64,000 nucleotides of DNA from a virus (lineage: Duplodnaviria > Caudoviricetes). Positions 19,106 to 29,034 of the stretch are shown here, piece after piece (position 1 is the stretch's first letter; each line of letters begins with the position of its first letter). The notes under the pieces are model-generated. The model ran no database searches. It worked only from the letters and a program-made list of their open reading frames with translations, and was not told the DNA's origin. The stretch covers positions 77,568 through 141,567 of the IMG/VR virus record IMGVR_UViG_3300028591_000109; one strand, written 5' to 3'. The position numbers were made by a program, and so were the translations under genes.

Positions 19106-19197
19106 AAGTGAAGAGTGAAGAATGAAGAGTGAAGAATAACAAGCGGCGACTGTGCGGTAGCAAATTCTTCATTCTTCACTCTTCATTCTTCATTCAA
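19106..19197. repeat. Inverted doublet of heptamer repeats (AAGAGTG/AAGAATG)n ... GCGGTAGCAAATTCTT(CATTCTT/CACTCTT)n
   Basis: Seen directly; related copies at 25008, 44075, 54036 and 55754. Confidence 0.85.
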
Positions 19198-19200
19198 CTC

Positions 19201-19234
19201 TGCCCTTGATTTCGGACGCCGTTATAACGATATT
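19201..19234 (+). promoter_or_regulatory. Putative late promoter TGCCCTTGA-N19-GATATT
   Basis: Motif copy upstream of the holin-like genes. Confidence 0.55.
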
Positions 19235-19279
19235 CGGATAACAAGAAAACGAAATAATGTCTTAACTCGAAAAAGTGAA

Positions 19280-19621
19280 ATGAACCAAGTAATGATTGAC
19301 CTCTGGCCCCTGTTGGTGCCCATCCTGCTGGCAGCCGTCGGGTGGCAGTGGCGCGAAAACCACCAGCTGAAAATCCGCGTGGCGGTGCTGGAGACTACAG
19401 TAGAGAACTTAGAGAATACGCTGGAGAACATTCGCGACCGACAGGATTCTCAGTCGAAGAAACAGGATAATATCCTCGACCGCTTACAGTCGATGGAGAG
19501 TGAAGTACTGGAACGCTTAGGCAAGACCGACGCCAACATATCGTCGCTGTCGGCTCAACTGAAGGGGTTGCACGACTTGATTCTTATTTCAGACAAAGGT
19601 ATTCACATCAAAAGGACATAG
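19280..19621 (+). CDS. Membrane-anchored coiled-coil protein (lysis-associated?)
   Basis: One N-terminal transmembrane segment plus coiled coil. Confidence 0.6.
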   Translation: MNQVMIDLWPLLVPILLAAVGWQWRENHQLKIRVAVLETTVENLENTLENIRDRQDSQSKKQDNILDRLQSMESEVLERLGKTDANISSLSAQLKGLHDLILISDKGIHIKRT

Positions 19622-19623
19622 CT

Positions 19624-19983
19624 ATGGGCGAGAAGATTAAGAACACAGGAAGCGAACTGAAGAACCGCTGGCTGATGAGGATGCCGCGCTTCTTCCGCAT
19701 GATAGTGAGAATTGTGCTGAGCGTTGCCGCCACCGCCACTACCGTGAACTTCGGCGTGCCAGCCCTTGGCGGTGTGCTCTATGAGTGGTGGCCCGACGTA
19801 TATACGCATATCCTCGTGGGTAGCATCTGCATCGTCATGGTGTGTAAACTCACCGTGGCCGGCGGCTATAAGGAGCTGGACCCGGAGGAGCTGCTGCGCG
19901 GCAAGATGAATCGGCATATCCAGATGACGCACGACATCGACGAGCAGATGGATGGCGAGCAGCCGGGCGACGAACAGGGTTAG
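19624..19983 (+). CDS. Putative holin
   Basis: Two transmembrane segments, basic N-terminus (RW..RMPRFF), charged C-terminus. Confidence 0.55.
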   Translation: MGEKIKNTGSELKNRWLMRMPRFFRMIVRIVLSVAATATTVNFGVPALGGVLYEWWPDVYTHILVGSICIVMVCKLTVAGGYKELDPEELLRGKMNRHIQMTHDIDEQMDGEQPGDEQG

Positions 19984-20111
19984 TAGTGTTTTCATAGGCA
20001 TAGGCTTAGGCGTAGCGACACCGCGAATTGTTTTAGGTTCTTGGCCGAGCCAAGCGGCAAAGCCGAGCGAGTAATAATTTATAGTTTTAGGTTTTTTAGT
20101 TATTAAAAAAG

Positions 20112-20146
20112 AAAAGGCCGCCATCCGTGAGGATAGCGGCCTTTTT
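20112..20146. terminator. Bidirectional intrinsic terminator
   Basis: AAAAGGCCGC...GCGGCCTTTTT between convergent genes. Confidence 0.75.
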
Positions 20147-20165
20147 GTATGTCTGCGCGATGGCG

Positions 20166-20720
20166 TTAGAGGTGTGCCATCTCACGGTCAGCAGCTTCCA
20201 ATGGGGAAACACCAGTGGAGTGAAGCCCCTTTTCCGAGGCGACTTGCATGCGCAGGTCGTCGTTCTGTTGCCGAAGGAAGTCTATGAGTTTATCCTTTTC
20301 CACAAGCTGTGAACGCATGAAAGCAATCTCCTCCTTCTTTTCGTCCATGTGTGAACGCAGGTTGGCAATGATCTCGTCCTTGGCGGCAAGCAAGGCGGTG
20401 AACGGTTGTTCGACCGCCTGCTTCTCAGGGTTTTCCACAGGTACATCCTTGGTCAGCATGACGCTGCTTTGGCCAAGCAAGAACAACAGGTTGAATATCT
20501 TTCCAGTTTTGATGTACAACTTGTTGATCGTGGCATCGCTCGGACGTGTGTAATAGTTTACGATATTCGTAATCGTGTCTTCGTCGATACCAATTTTCTT
20601 CGCTAATTTTTCATTAGTGTCAAGACTCTCCGGGTATGTGCTCCGCAGATAAGCTAACGCTGCAGCAATGTTATCGTTGCGTGTCTTGTCTTCAACAGAT
20701 TTCTTTTCGTTCTTCTTCAT
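20166..20720 (-). CDS. XRE-type HTH repressor (CI-like) with C-terminal coiled coil
   Basis: NEKLAKKIGIDEDTITNIVN HTH; divergent from the replication operon. Confidence 0.7.
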   Translation of the reverse strand: MKKNEKKSVEDKTRNDNIAAALAYLRSTYPESLDTNEKLAKKIGIDEDTITNIVNYYTRPSDATINKLYIKTGKIFNLLFLLGQSSVMLTKDVPVENPEKQAVEQPFTALLAAKDEIIANLRSHMDEKKEEIAFMRSQLVEKDKLIDFLRQQNDDLRMQVASEKGLHSTGVSPLEAADREMAHL

Positions 20721-20791
20721 ACGTTCTACTTTTATTCGTTAATAAATACTAAATAACCGAACAACACCGAACGCATCCGAAATATTCTGAT

Positions 20792-20944
20792 TACCTTTGC
20801 CTCGAAATAAATAAAGTTTATAATCGGACAGGGAACAGCCTGCAGACACCATGAGGCGTCTTTCAGCGGAAAGCGTCGTGCCGCCAATGCTTAAAATTGA
20901 AATAACCATTGCAAAGGTAAGGCTTTTCCGCCGATTATAAACTT
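20792..20944. promoter_or_regulatory. Face-to-face TACCTTTG promoters with 14-bp inverted repeat (switch region)
   Basis: Plus-strand promoter 20792-20799; minus-strand promoter 20912-20919; AAGTTTATAATCGG 20814-20827 / CCGATTATAAACTT 20931-20944. Confidence 0.7.
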
Positions 20945-20975
20945 ATAGTGTTAATAAATTAAGTTTTATAAACAG

Positions 20976-21170
20976 ATGCAAGAACGAGTGAGCAGACAAG
21001 AACTGAGGGACATGCGCGTAGGACAGACTCGCATCTTCACGCTGGACGACAAGAAGAAAATCACATCGGCTCGCGTGCAGGCGAATCAGCTGAAGAACGA
21101 GGAGGGGCTGGAGTTTGAAGTCAACGCCGACTATCAGGCTTCGGCAGTCAGTATCACGCGGGTAAAATAG
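20976..21170 (+). CDS. Small basic protein in Cro position
   Basis: 64 aa, first gene of the rightward operon. Confidence 0.6.
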   Translation: MQERVSRQELRDMRVGQTRIFTLDDKKKITSARVQANQLKNEEGLEFEVNADYQASAVSITRVK

Positions 21171-21186
21171 AGTGGGAGGCGACGAT

Positions 21187-21486
21187 ATGAAACGATACTT
21201 CAAGAATCTTCTTGCAGCCCTGCTGGGACGCAATCCCTACGAGACAGAGCGCGACGAGATGCGTCGGCAGATAGAGCAGGCCGCAGAGAACGTGGAGCGG
21301 TTGCGCGACATGTACTGCGCAGCCTGTGAAAAGTGGGAGCAGAGCGACAAGCAGGTAGCCTCGCTACAGCAACTCGTGGAGAACCTGCGCGAGCGCATCA
21401 AGGACAAAGATGCCGCCATCGAACAACTGCAGAATGAATATCGTGAATATACGAAAAAGAAGAAGGACACTACTAACAAATCGTGA
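21187..21486 (+). CDS. Coiled-coil hypothetical protein
   Basis: Start MKRYF. Confidence 0.6.
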   Translation: MKRYFKNLLAALLGRNPYETERDEMRRQIEQAAENVERLRDMYCAACEKWEQSDKQVASLQQLVENLRERIKDKDAAIEQLQNEYREYTKKKKDTTNKS

Positions 21487-24400
21487 ACGAGAAAAACCGC
21501 AACATATTAGACCAGATATCCCTTGTGGACGTCATGGCGGGATGGGGACATACGGTGCAGCGGCAGAATGCAAAGGGCACCGTGGCCTACTATCTGTGTC
21601 CGTGGCACGACGACCACCATCCGTCGTTGCAGGTGGAGAGGGAAGCCCGCGACGGGGCTACGGCGGCGATGTTCAAGTGCTACCGCTGCGGGCCCGCCGG
21701 CTACGGGGCGATACAGCTTGCGGCGCGGCTGATGGGCTATCCCGCGGGGAAAATCCCAGGCGATGACATGCCGAAGGTGATGGCGGAACTGGCCACGCGC
21801 TGCGACGTGAACCTGGAAGAAGAGACCGACGAGGAGGGCCGCAAGTGGCAGCGCAACCTGCGCATGAGCAGGGTGGGGTGGACGGAGTTCCGCAAGACCG
21901 AACTGCAATACGCCGACTGGACGGGCGACGAGCCGCTATTGGAGCGCGGCGAATGGACTGTGGAGGGGCTGAGGGCTCTGGGACTGCGGGTGGAGATGTC
22001 AACCCACAAAGCCACGAAGGACGATATAAGAAACAACGGCGGGGCAACGACCGAAAACAATGCTACGGCGTCCGACCAAAGCGGCACTGTCCCCGCCGAA
22101 ATAAAGACAGGCGACCTGATAACCGACTTCGACCCCGACTCTGGCGAACCGCTCTACCGCTGCTCTCTGGGCGCAGGCTTCTACGGCGACCCGAAGAAGG
22201 CCGAGACGAAGACCGTTGCGGAGTGGGGTATGGAAGTGGAGCGGTTGTTCCACGTGCAGCCCGTAGCTCGCGTCATCAGCCGCAAGGAGAACAAGGAGAA
22301 GGGCGGCTTCTACGTGCAATTCGTCAACGCCACGCGCAACTACCCCATCTTTATGTTCTGCTATCCGTTCGGCACGAAGAAATACGAGCCGAAGAATATC
22401 TACGGGTATAAGTGGGCGTGGAAGGATGTGGACGAGAGCGTGGACGTAGGCCGCCAGTGGTATGCCGACGCTGACCTGGAGGACTTCCTGAAGGACGGTG
22501 TAATCCCTGAACAGGATAAGCGCCATCCCTACGTGGAGATAGAGGACAAGGAGAAGAAGACGAAACAGATCCGCTTCGGCCGCATCGTGCTCTGCTCCGG
22601 CCCACGCGATGCGATAGCCGTCTATAGCCACAGCGACGCGCACGTCGTCTGGCTCAACTCCGAGATGGCAGGCTTCGACGGCAAGGGTGGCACCATGCGC
22701 CCCAACCGCTGGCTGCGGGCACTGCTGAGGAAGCTCCAGAGCGTCTGCGTGGAGGGCGGGCTGTACGTCTGTTACGACGAGGACGAGACAGGACTGAAGG
22801 CCAGTCAGGCCATCGCCCTGAGTAACCCTGCTGTGCATTGGCTGCGGCTGCCGAAGGAGCTGGGGCAAATACCCGGAAAGTCCGGCAAACCCGGAATATC
22901 CGCGAACCCCGAAAAGCCCATCAAGCCCCTGAAGGACGCCACCGACTTCATCCAGCACTTCGCCGAGGTGGAGCGGCTGATGCCTGCTGAGCTGCAGCAC
23001 GACGACCCGACGGAATGGTTCGACAACGCCATGTTCGACACGCCGACCTGCAAGTTCTGGCAATGGGAGAGCGAGAGAAAGGAACAGGACGGCAGCAGCC
23101 GTGCCCGCTATAAGTTCGACCTGCGGAATACCCCCGTGTTCCTTCGGGCACGTGGCATCGTGCGCCGCGTGATGCAGTCGGGCGACGAGTCGTTCAGCCG
23201 CTTCTTCCTCTTAGGCAACGACCATACCTATAGCGAACTGTTCGTGGGCCAGAAGGGCAGCAATAAGCTGGTGCCCCAGATACGCGACATCATGGCCGAA
23301 TGGCTACGGGCGCACTCTGAGTTTAATGATAAGAAAGGTGCGCTCTCGCGGGCCATCTACGGAGCCAAATTGGAGCAGGGCATCATGGAGTCGATAGAGA
23401 CGATGGACTTCGACGAGAAGAGCTTCGGCGAGGACTTCGACCACTTCTTCTTCCATAACACCGCCGTCCGTGTGACGAAGGACGACATCAAACTGGTGCC
23501 CTACTCGCAGATGAAATGGTGGACCAATCAGGATGCCATCCTCGACGGCGACTTCACCATCACCGACCGTCTGTGGCACGTGGAGGAAGCTGGGTTCTAC
23601 CCCTCCGAACTCGCCAAGCACGAGGCGATACTCAGCGCAGCGAAGGTCGATGACGAGATCAAGCAGGAGAACATGCGCTGGGACCAGTGGCAGCAGCTCT
23701 GGCGCTACCGCCTGGTGATGGATAAACCATTAGAAGAGATGCCGTTGCACTTCCGCTTCCTATATAATACGTGCCGCATCTTCTGGGAGAAGGAGCAGAC
23801 ACAGGAACTCACCAAGACCGAACAGCAGACGCAGGATATGTACTTCATGGCCATGCTCCACGCTATCGGCTCGGCACTGGTGCGCCACCGCTCGGCCAAC
23901 CGTCAGCAGTTCATCCACATCACCGACAACGGCACCCGCCGCGAGGATTTGGCCAGCGGTGGCACGGGCAAGACGGCCATACTCGAACTCTTCGCCCTCG
24001 TGCGCCGTACCCTCGGCATCGACGGCAAGGCGCTCGAAGGTGGCAATATCGTGATGGAGCAGGAACTGGGCAAAGTCATCCCCGGTCTGCACAACGTGGT
24101 CTGCATCGACGAACTGCCGCAGGGATTCAATCCCAAGAAGATGTATAACTATCCGCTCTCCGTCACCTCTCGCGGCCTCTATAAAGGCTCTGTTAAACTG
24201 ACGGGCGACGACCTGCCGAAGTTCGTACTCGCCAGCAACGAGCAGATAGACCTCTCCAGCGACTCGACGAACCGCCGCGCCTACCAGATACTCGTGGGCG
24301 ACTGGTATCATCCCCGCTCGATGGACGGCTCGCGGCCCGCCCATACCCCTGCCGACGACTTCCGCAACGAGGGTGTGAAGGAGGTGGCACACAACCTGCC

Positions 24401-25040
24401 GCCCCAGATACTGAATGATGCCCGCAACCTGCTGCTGCAGTGCTGCCAGCTGTTCCTGCAGTACCCCGACGAGACCTTCACCCCGCCACGCGACAGCCGT
24501 GCATTATTAAGACAGGCCCTCGCAGCCTCGAAGGACGAGCAGTTCACCCGCTGGATAGCCGGCTACCTCGCCGACAAGCGCCACCTCGGCATACCCATCG
24601 CCCAGCGCGAACTGGCCATCTCGCTGCTCGACTACTGCGGCATCACCATCGGTGAGAAGACCATCAAGGGAGCCTACAACCGCATCCGCGAACAGCTGGA
24701 CGACTATCTGCGCACGTCGCCGTACATCCGCAACCCGCGCATCACACTGAAGACCGACACCGACGTTACGCTCGGTATGCGCCAGTGCGCCGCCTGGCAG
24801 TACCCCAAGGCCGCCGACGGCTTCAGCATAGCCACCGACGAGCACGGCAACCGACTGCCCCGCGAACTGGTGAAGAAGAAGCCGTACCCCCGCTGCTACT
24901 ACTTCTACCGCAAGAGCCAGGTGCCCAAGCACCGCTACGACCCCGCCCACGAGGGCGACCCGAACTACGTGCAGCCCGCCCCGGAGCAAGACCCCGAAGC
25001 AGAAGAAATGAAGAATGAAGAATCTGCTACCGACGTTTAG
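21483..25040 (+). CDS. DNA primase-helicase (CHC2 zinc finger, Toprim-like, P-loop ATPase)
   Basis: CPWHDDHHPS..FKCYRCG; CSGPRDA; VCYDEDETG; GGTGKT; VCIDE. Confidence 0.85.
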   Translation: MNEKNRNILDQISLVDVMAGWGHTVQRQNAKGTVAYYLCPWHDDHHPSLQVEREARDGATAAMFKCYRCGPAGYGAIQLAARLMGYPAGKIPGDDMPKVMAELATRCDVNLEEETDEEGRKWQRNLRMSRVGWTEFRKTELQYADWTGDEPLLERGEWTVEGLRALGLRVEMSTHKATKDDIRNNGGATTENNATASDQSGTVPAEIKTGDLITDFDPDSGEPLYRCSLGAGFYGDPKKAETKTVAEWGMEVERLFHVQPVARVISRKENKEKGGFYVQFVNATRNYPIFMFCYPFGTKKYEPKNIYGYKWAWKDVDESVDVGRQWYADADLEDFLKDGVIPEQDKRHPYVEIEDKEKKTKQIRFGRIVLCSGPRDAIAVYSHSDAHVVWLNSEMAGFDGKGGTMRPNRWLRALLRKLQSVCVEGGLYVCYDEDETGLKASQAIALSNPAVHWLRLPKELGQIPGKSGKPGISANPEKPIKPLKDATDFIQHFAEVERLMPAELQHDDPTEWFDNAMFDTPTCKFWQWESERKEQDGSSRARYKFDLRNTPVFLRARGIVRRVMQSGDESFSRFFLLGNDHTYSELFVGQKGSNKLVPQIRDIMAEWLRAHSEFNDKKGALSRAIYGAKLEQGIMESIETMDFDEKSFGEDFDHFFFHNTAVRVTKDDIKLVPYSQMKWWTNQDAILDGDFTITDRLWHVEEAGFYPSELAKHEAILSAAKVDDEIKQENMRWDQWQQLWRYRLVMDKPLEEMPLHFRFLYNTCRIFWEKEQTQELTKTEQQTQDMYFMAMLHAIGSALVRHRSANRQQFIHITDNGTRREDLASGGTGKTAILELFALVRRTLGIDGKALEGGNIVMEQELGKVIPGLHNVVCIDELPQGFNPKKMYNYPLSVTSRGLYKGSVKLTGDDLPKFVLASNEQIDLSSDSTNRRAYQILVGDWYHPRSMDGSRPAHTPADDFRNEGVKEVAHNLPPQILNDARNLLLQCCQLFLQYPDETFTPPRDSRALLRQALAASKDEQFTRWIAGYLADKRHLGIPIAQRELAISLLDYCGITIGEKTIKGAYNRIREQLDDYLRTSPYIRNPRITLKTDTDVTLGMRQCAAWQYPKAADGFSIATDEHGNRLPRELVKKKPYPRCYYFYRKSQVPKHRYDPAHEGDPNYVQPAPEQDPEAEEMKNEESATDV

Positions 25041-25106
25041 TGTGTCGGGCGGTTTACCCGCCCGAATACCGGGCGATATAACGAAATAACGATATAACGA
25101 AAGAAT

Positions 25107-25571
25107 ATGTACCAACGCCGCCCATATCCGTATCGCTACATCTGTTACTCCCGAGTGACAGGTCAGGCCGTCTGGCTCTATCAGGGCCAGTCGAAAAAAG
25201 CCATGAAGCGCAAGTATTACCGCACGGTGGATATCGAGCGCAAGCGCAAGCGGCAGTGGGCGAAGCTGCAGCGAACCTGGCAGGCGGGCATCCGCCACCT
25301 CCTCGACGAGTGCCAGGCCGCGCTCCCCATCCTCGGCACGCTGACGAAGGCACAGCGCGAGGCCATCCGCACGCTGCAGCACATGATTGACAACCCGCCG
25401 GAGTTCTCGTCGCCGCTGCTCGACCACGACCGCGAGCGCCGACATCAGAACTACTTAGAGAAGCGACGGCGACACTACTGGAAGGACGCAGATTTCCGCC
25501 AGCACGAGCGGGAACGACGACGAAAGAAACCGCAGATGAAAAATTTACAGAATCACGATTATGATAAATAA
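25107..25571 (+). CDS. Basic hypothetical protein
   Basis: 154 aa, Arg/Lys-rich. Confidence 0.55.
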   Translation: MYQRRPYPYRYICYSRVTGQAVWLYQGQSKKAMKRKYYRTVDIERKRKRQWAKLQRTWQAGIRHLLDECQAALPILGTLTKAQREAIRTLQHMIDNPPEFSSPLLDHDRERRHQNYLEKRRRHYWKDADFRQHERERRRKKPQMKNLQNHDYDK

Positions 25572-25613
25572 TACGCTGACTATCAGTGGATTAACAAACA
25601 AAACAGATGACAG

Positions 25614-27380
25614 ATGACCTACGACGAGACAACGCTGTTTACGAGGTTCATGCAGGGAAAGGGCGTGATGAATAACTTCACATACCTGTATCAATCACAC
25701 AGGCATGACAAGCGCGACCTCGACACCTACCTCGACGAGGTGGTGGCGGAGGACGTGATACTGTCGGCCTTCGACTTCACGGGTGCCGGCAACACCATCT
25801 TCGGATTCAAGTACTGGAAGGATATCGACCAGAAGTGGCAGGCGAAGCTGACGGAGTTCCGCAACACGGGCATACTGACGGCCGACGAGGCACAGGTGTA
25901 CTGTCCCCACTGCCAGCGGGTGCTGCCCAGGACGGCTTTTGCCACGAAGTCGAATGGCGTGCTGCACAAGCACTGCCGTGAGTGCGAGGGCGGCAAGTGG
26001 GACAAGGAGAAGAAGGAGCGCGAGAAGGCTGAGAAGGAGGCCGAGAAGCAGGCCAAGGCCATCAAGCAGTTGGAGAAGGAGATTGCCGAGAAGCAGGCGA
26101 AGCTGGAACGGCTGTCGGCACAGGAGACGGTGGCGGAGCCGACGGGCAAGATCCTGACGAACAATCGTGCTGAAAGTGCCCGTCGTGAGATAGCCGATGG
26201 ACAGGCAAACCTGAATAAGACGACAAAGGTGTGCGGCCACTGCGGCAAGCGCAAGCTCCGCTCGGAGTTCTACAAGTCGGACTCCAGCGAGGACGGACTG
26301 CAGGAGTATTGCAAGACCTGTCAGACGGAGCTGTTGGCCGCTGCCGAGGAGGCACAGCGGAAAGAGGAGGAACAGCGTCGGCTGGAGATTGAAATAGCCG
26401 AGCGCGAGGCCGAGGTGCAGCGGATGGAGCAGGAGAAGAAGGATCTCGATGAAGAAGTGCGACGCAAGAAGGAAGCAGAGCGTCAGGCCGAAGAGCAACG
26501 CAAGGCAGCATCTGCAACCGCCGAGCCTACGACCGGTACGACCGTCGACACGACCGAAAATACGACCGAAATCCCGACGGCCCCACGCTTGGGCGAGCAC
26601 GACGTGACGATGCACTACAAGACGACGGAGAAGCGCATCACGCTGAACGCCGTGCTGTCGGACATCGTGCGACGGGCAGGGCTGACGAAGTGCTACATCT
26701 ACGCCGACCGCAAGGGCTGTCAGTTTCTCGTGTTCAACAATGCCGAGGGCTCCAACGTCACCAAGGCCAACAGCCGTACCAGCGACCTACTGCAGGTGTG
26801 CTCGTCCAGCATCTGCCGACAGATTGCCGAGCGCTTCGAGCTTCGCATCGGCGACAACTACTACCTGCATGTCACGAAGAACCTGGCGCACACGGCGGAC
26901 ATCGTGAACGTCGAGGTGAAGCAGGTGCGGACCCGCGAGGAGTATGCCGTCATCGTGGCACAGCGCGAGGCTGTCGTGAAGAGCGGCATTACGCCCGACA
27001 TCGACGAGACCGACGATCCTACGGAAGAGACCACTACCCCATCCACCGACACCAACGACATGCCGCTGATAGAGTTTGCGGATATCGACGATAACCATAC
27101 AGGCGACGGGCAGACCCCGACCACACTGGCCGGTGGCGGCAGTTCTGCCCTCACGCCTGAACCCAAGCAGAAGGCCAAGGCTGACAACATGAAACCTGCC
27201 AACCTGAAACCTGAAACCACCGGCATCCCCCTCTCGGGCCGCAAGCCGCAGGATATCCTCCAGCAGCTCATCGACCGTGGCCACCTGTCGGAGCGCGACA
27301 TCGCCGCCTTCCTCTTCCAGAAAGGCTGGGAACTGCACGAGCCCGTCGTCGTCACCCGTCACAAGAAATTCTCACTGTAA
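25614..27380 (+). CDS. Coiled-coil protein with two Cys4 zinc-binding modules
   Basis: CPHC..CREC and CGHC..CKTC. Confidence 0.75.
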   Translation: MTYDETTLFTRFMQGKGVMNNFTYLYQSHRHDKRDLDTYLDEVVAEDVILSAFDFTGAGNTIFGFKYWKDIDQKWQAKLTEFRNTGILTADEAQVYCPHCQRVLPRTAFATKSNGVLHKHCRECEGGKWDKEKKEREKAEKEAEKQAKAIKQLEKEIAEKQAKLERLSAQETVAEPTGKILTNNRAESARREIADGQANLNKTTKVCGHCGKRKLRSEFYKSDSSEDGLQEYCKTCQTELLAAAEEAQRKEEEQRRLEIEIAEREAEVQRMEQEKKDLDEEVRRKKEAERQAEEQRKAASATAEPTTGTTVDTTENTTEIPTAPRLGEHDVTMHYKTTEKRITLNAVLSDIVRRAGLTKCYIYADRKGCQFLVFNNAEGSNVTKANSRTSDLLQVCSSSICRQIAERFELRIGDNYYLHVTKNLAHTADIVNVEVKQVRTREEYAVIVAQREAVVKSGITPDIDETDDPTEETTTPSTDTNDMPLIEFADIDDNHTGDGQTPTTLAGGGSSALTPEPKQKAKADNMKPANLKPETTGIPLSGRKPQDILQQLIDRGHLSERDIAAFLFQKGWELHEPVVVTRHKKFSL

Positions 27381-27392
27381 TATATAAATGTA

Positions 27393-27695
27393 ATGGCAAG
27401 ACACAAGCAAAGAAGATACGCAGAAATGAAGCCCGCCGTGAAGATGAACGGCGGCTACAGCCGACGTCAGCGCACCGACATACTGACCGCGCAGGGCGAG
27501 ATAACCGAGGCGCTGGGCTACGACAACTACCACGTGGAGCTGGACAACGGCGTCACCATCCTCGCCACCATCAGCGGCAAGATGCGCCAGAACCACATCC
27601 GCGTGATGCCAGGCGACCGCGTGGAGCTGGAACTATCCGCCTACGACCTCACCCGTGGCCGCATAACACGAAGATTTCAAGTTAAACAACAGTAA
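27393..27695 (+). CDS. infA: Translation initiation factor IF-1 homologue with N-terminal extension
   Basis: GEITEAL..VELDNG..ILATISGKMRQNHIRVMPGDRVELELSAYDLTRGRITRR matches the IF-1 consensus. Confidence 0.92.
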   Translation: MARHKQRRYAEMKPAVKMNGGYSRRQRTDILTAQGEITEALGYDNYHVELDNGVTILATISGKMRQNHIRVMPGDRVELELSAYDLTRGRITRRFQVKQQ

Positions 27696-27716
27696 TAACA
27701 ACAAAAGATTTCAACT

Positions 27717-28835
27717 ATGCGACAGACAACAAACGAAACACAGGCCCTACAGTCGCTGATGGCAGAGTTTATCCGACTGGTAGCCTATCAGAACGAGAAA
27801 CCCGTATTCGACGACGAAGGCATGGTGGCGCTTAGTGCCGACAACGCCTCGCCAGTCTATTTCTCCACCCGCCAGGTCATTGCCATCGCCCGACTGCTGA
27901 AGGGTATGACAAAGCCGCAGGGATGGCGCGACGCCGACGTGCAGATTATCTACGAGCTGGCAGCCAAGGCCGAACAGCGCGAAAGCGACGACCCCGACCA
28001 CCTGCTGCGCACGATGATGCAGATTCACGGAAGCCATCAGGACTACGCCCCCACCATGCTCAACTCGCAATGGAGCGAAGAGAAGCAGACGATGACCGTC
28101 AGTCTGGAAGAGATGTTTGCCGGCCAGCCCGTATTGCCGTGGCTCAGCAATGTGCGCTATGCCGCCGACGAGACCGAGAAGGCAGTCTGTTACGCCATCA
28201 CCGCCGCCGTGCTGCGTTATACCGACGACGACACAGTGCTTACCTTTATCGCCCACCCCAGCGACGCCAAGCAAGTGGAGCGGCAGATGGACGGCGAACT
28301 GTTCCCACGCAAGGAATGGGAGGGCGAGTGCGAGCTTCCGTCAGAAGCGCTGACTCCAAGCAGTAAGAAAGAGATAGCCGACTACATGCTCGAAGCCCTG
28401 CAGCAGGATCCCCAAGAAGCGTGGCCGCTCAGACAGTCCGAGCCGGGAGCAACGTGGTTTGCACCGCGACACGGCGTGGTGGAGATTGACGGCATACCTG
28501 TGCCGACGGCCATCAACGAGTTCAGCTCAGCCAACATCCTGAGCGTAGAAGTGGGTACCAACGGATTCCAGGGTGGCGACACCGGTCACGGCGGACGCAC
28601 CTGCCTGCGCATCATTGACGAGGGTTGTACCGACCTGCGCTGCCGCGTCAAGGCCAACGGCAAGTGGCATAACTACGACAACGCCTGCGAAGCCAATGAG
28701 ATAGAAATCATACTTGGCGGTGACACCGAGCTTGGCACCTTCAGCAACGCCCTTCGCTTTGCCGCAGACGTGCTGGAGAAGAAGATAACGGGCGAGCTGA
28801 TGCTGGTCGTTCCGAAAAACTACAAGCAGCAATGA
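27717..28835 (+). CDS. Hypothetical phage protein
   Basis: 372 aa; C-terminal EVGTNGFQGGDTGHGGRT motif. Confidence 0.7.
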   Translation: MRQTTNETQALQSLMAEFIRLVAYQNEKPVFDDEGMVALSADNASPVYFSTRQVIAIARLLKGMTKPQGWRDADVQIIYELAAKAEQRESDDPDHLLRTMMQIHGSHQDYAPTMLNSQWSEEKQTMTVSLEEMFAGQPVLPWLSNVRYAADETEKAVCYAITAAVLRYTDDDTVLTFIAHPSDAKQVERQMDGELFPRKEWEGECELPSEALTPSSKKEIADYMLEALQQDPQEAWPLRQSEPGATWFAPRHGVVEIDGIPVPTAINEFSSANILSVEVGTNGFQGGDTGHGGRTCLRIIDEGCTDLRCRVKANGKWHNYDNACEANEIEIILGGDTELGTFSNALRFAADVLEKKITGELMLVVPKNYKQQ

Positions 28836-28865
28836 TTATCGAAATAAACAAACGGCTGAAATATT

Positions 28866-29021
28866 ATGACGAAGAGACTACACGGAGGCAGGACCACGGA
28901 GCAGTACGTGCTCGACCTGCACAGCAACGGATGGCAAGTGGCCAACATCGCAAGCATCGCAGGGGTAGATGCCCAGACGGTGCGAGAAATCCTGAGAAGA
29001 AAGAACATTATCATGGACTAA
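28866..29021 (+). CDS. Small HTH protein (51 aa; not in the ORF track)
   Basis: MTKRLHGG...GWQVANIASIAGVDAQTVREIL. Confidence 0.55.
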   Translation: MTKRLHGGRTTEQYVLDLHSNGWQVANIASIAGVDAQTVREILRRKNIIMD

Positions 29022-29034
29022 AGGGACAGCGACA

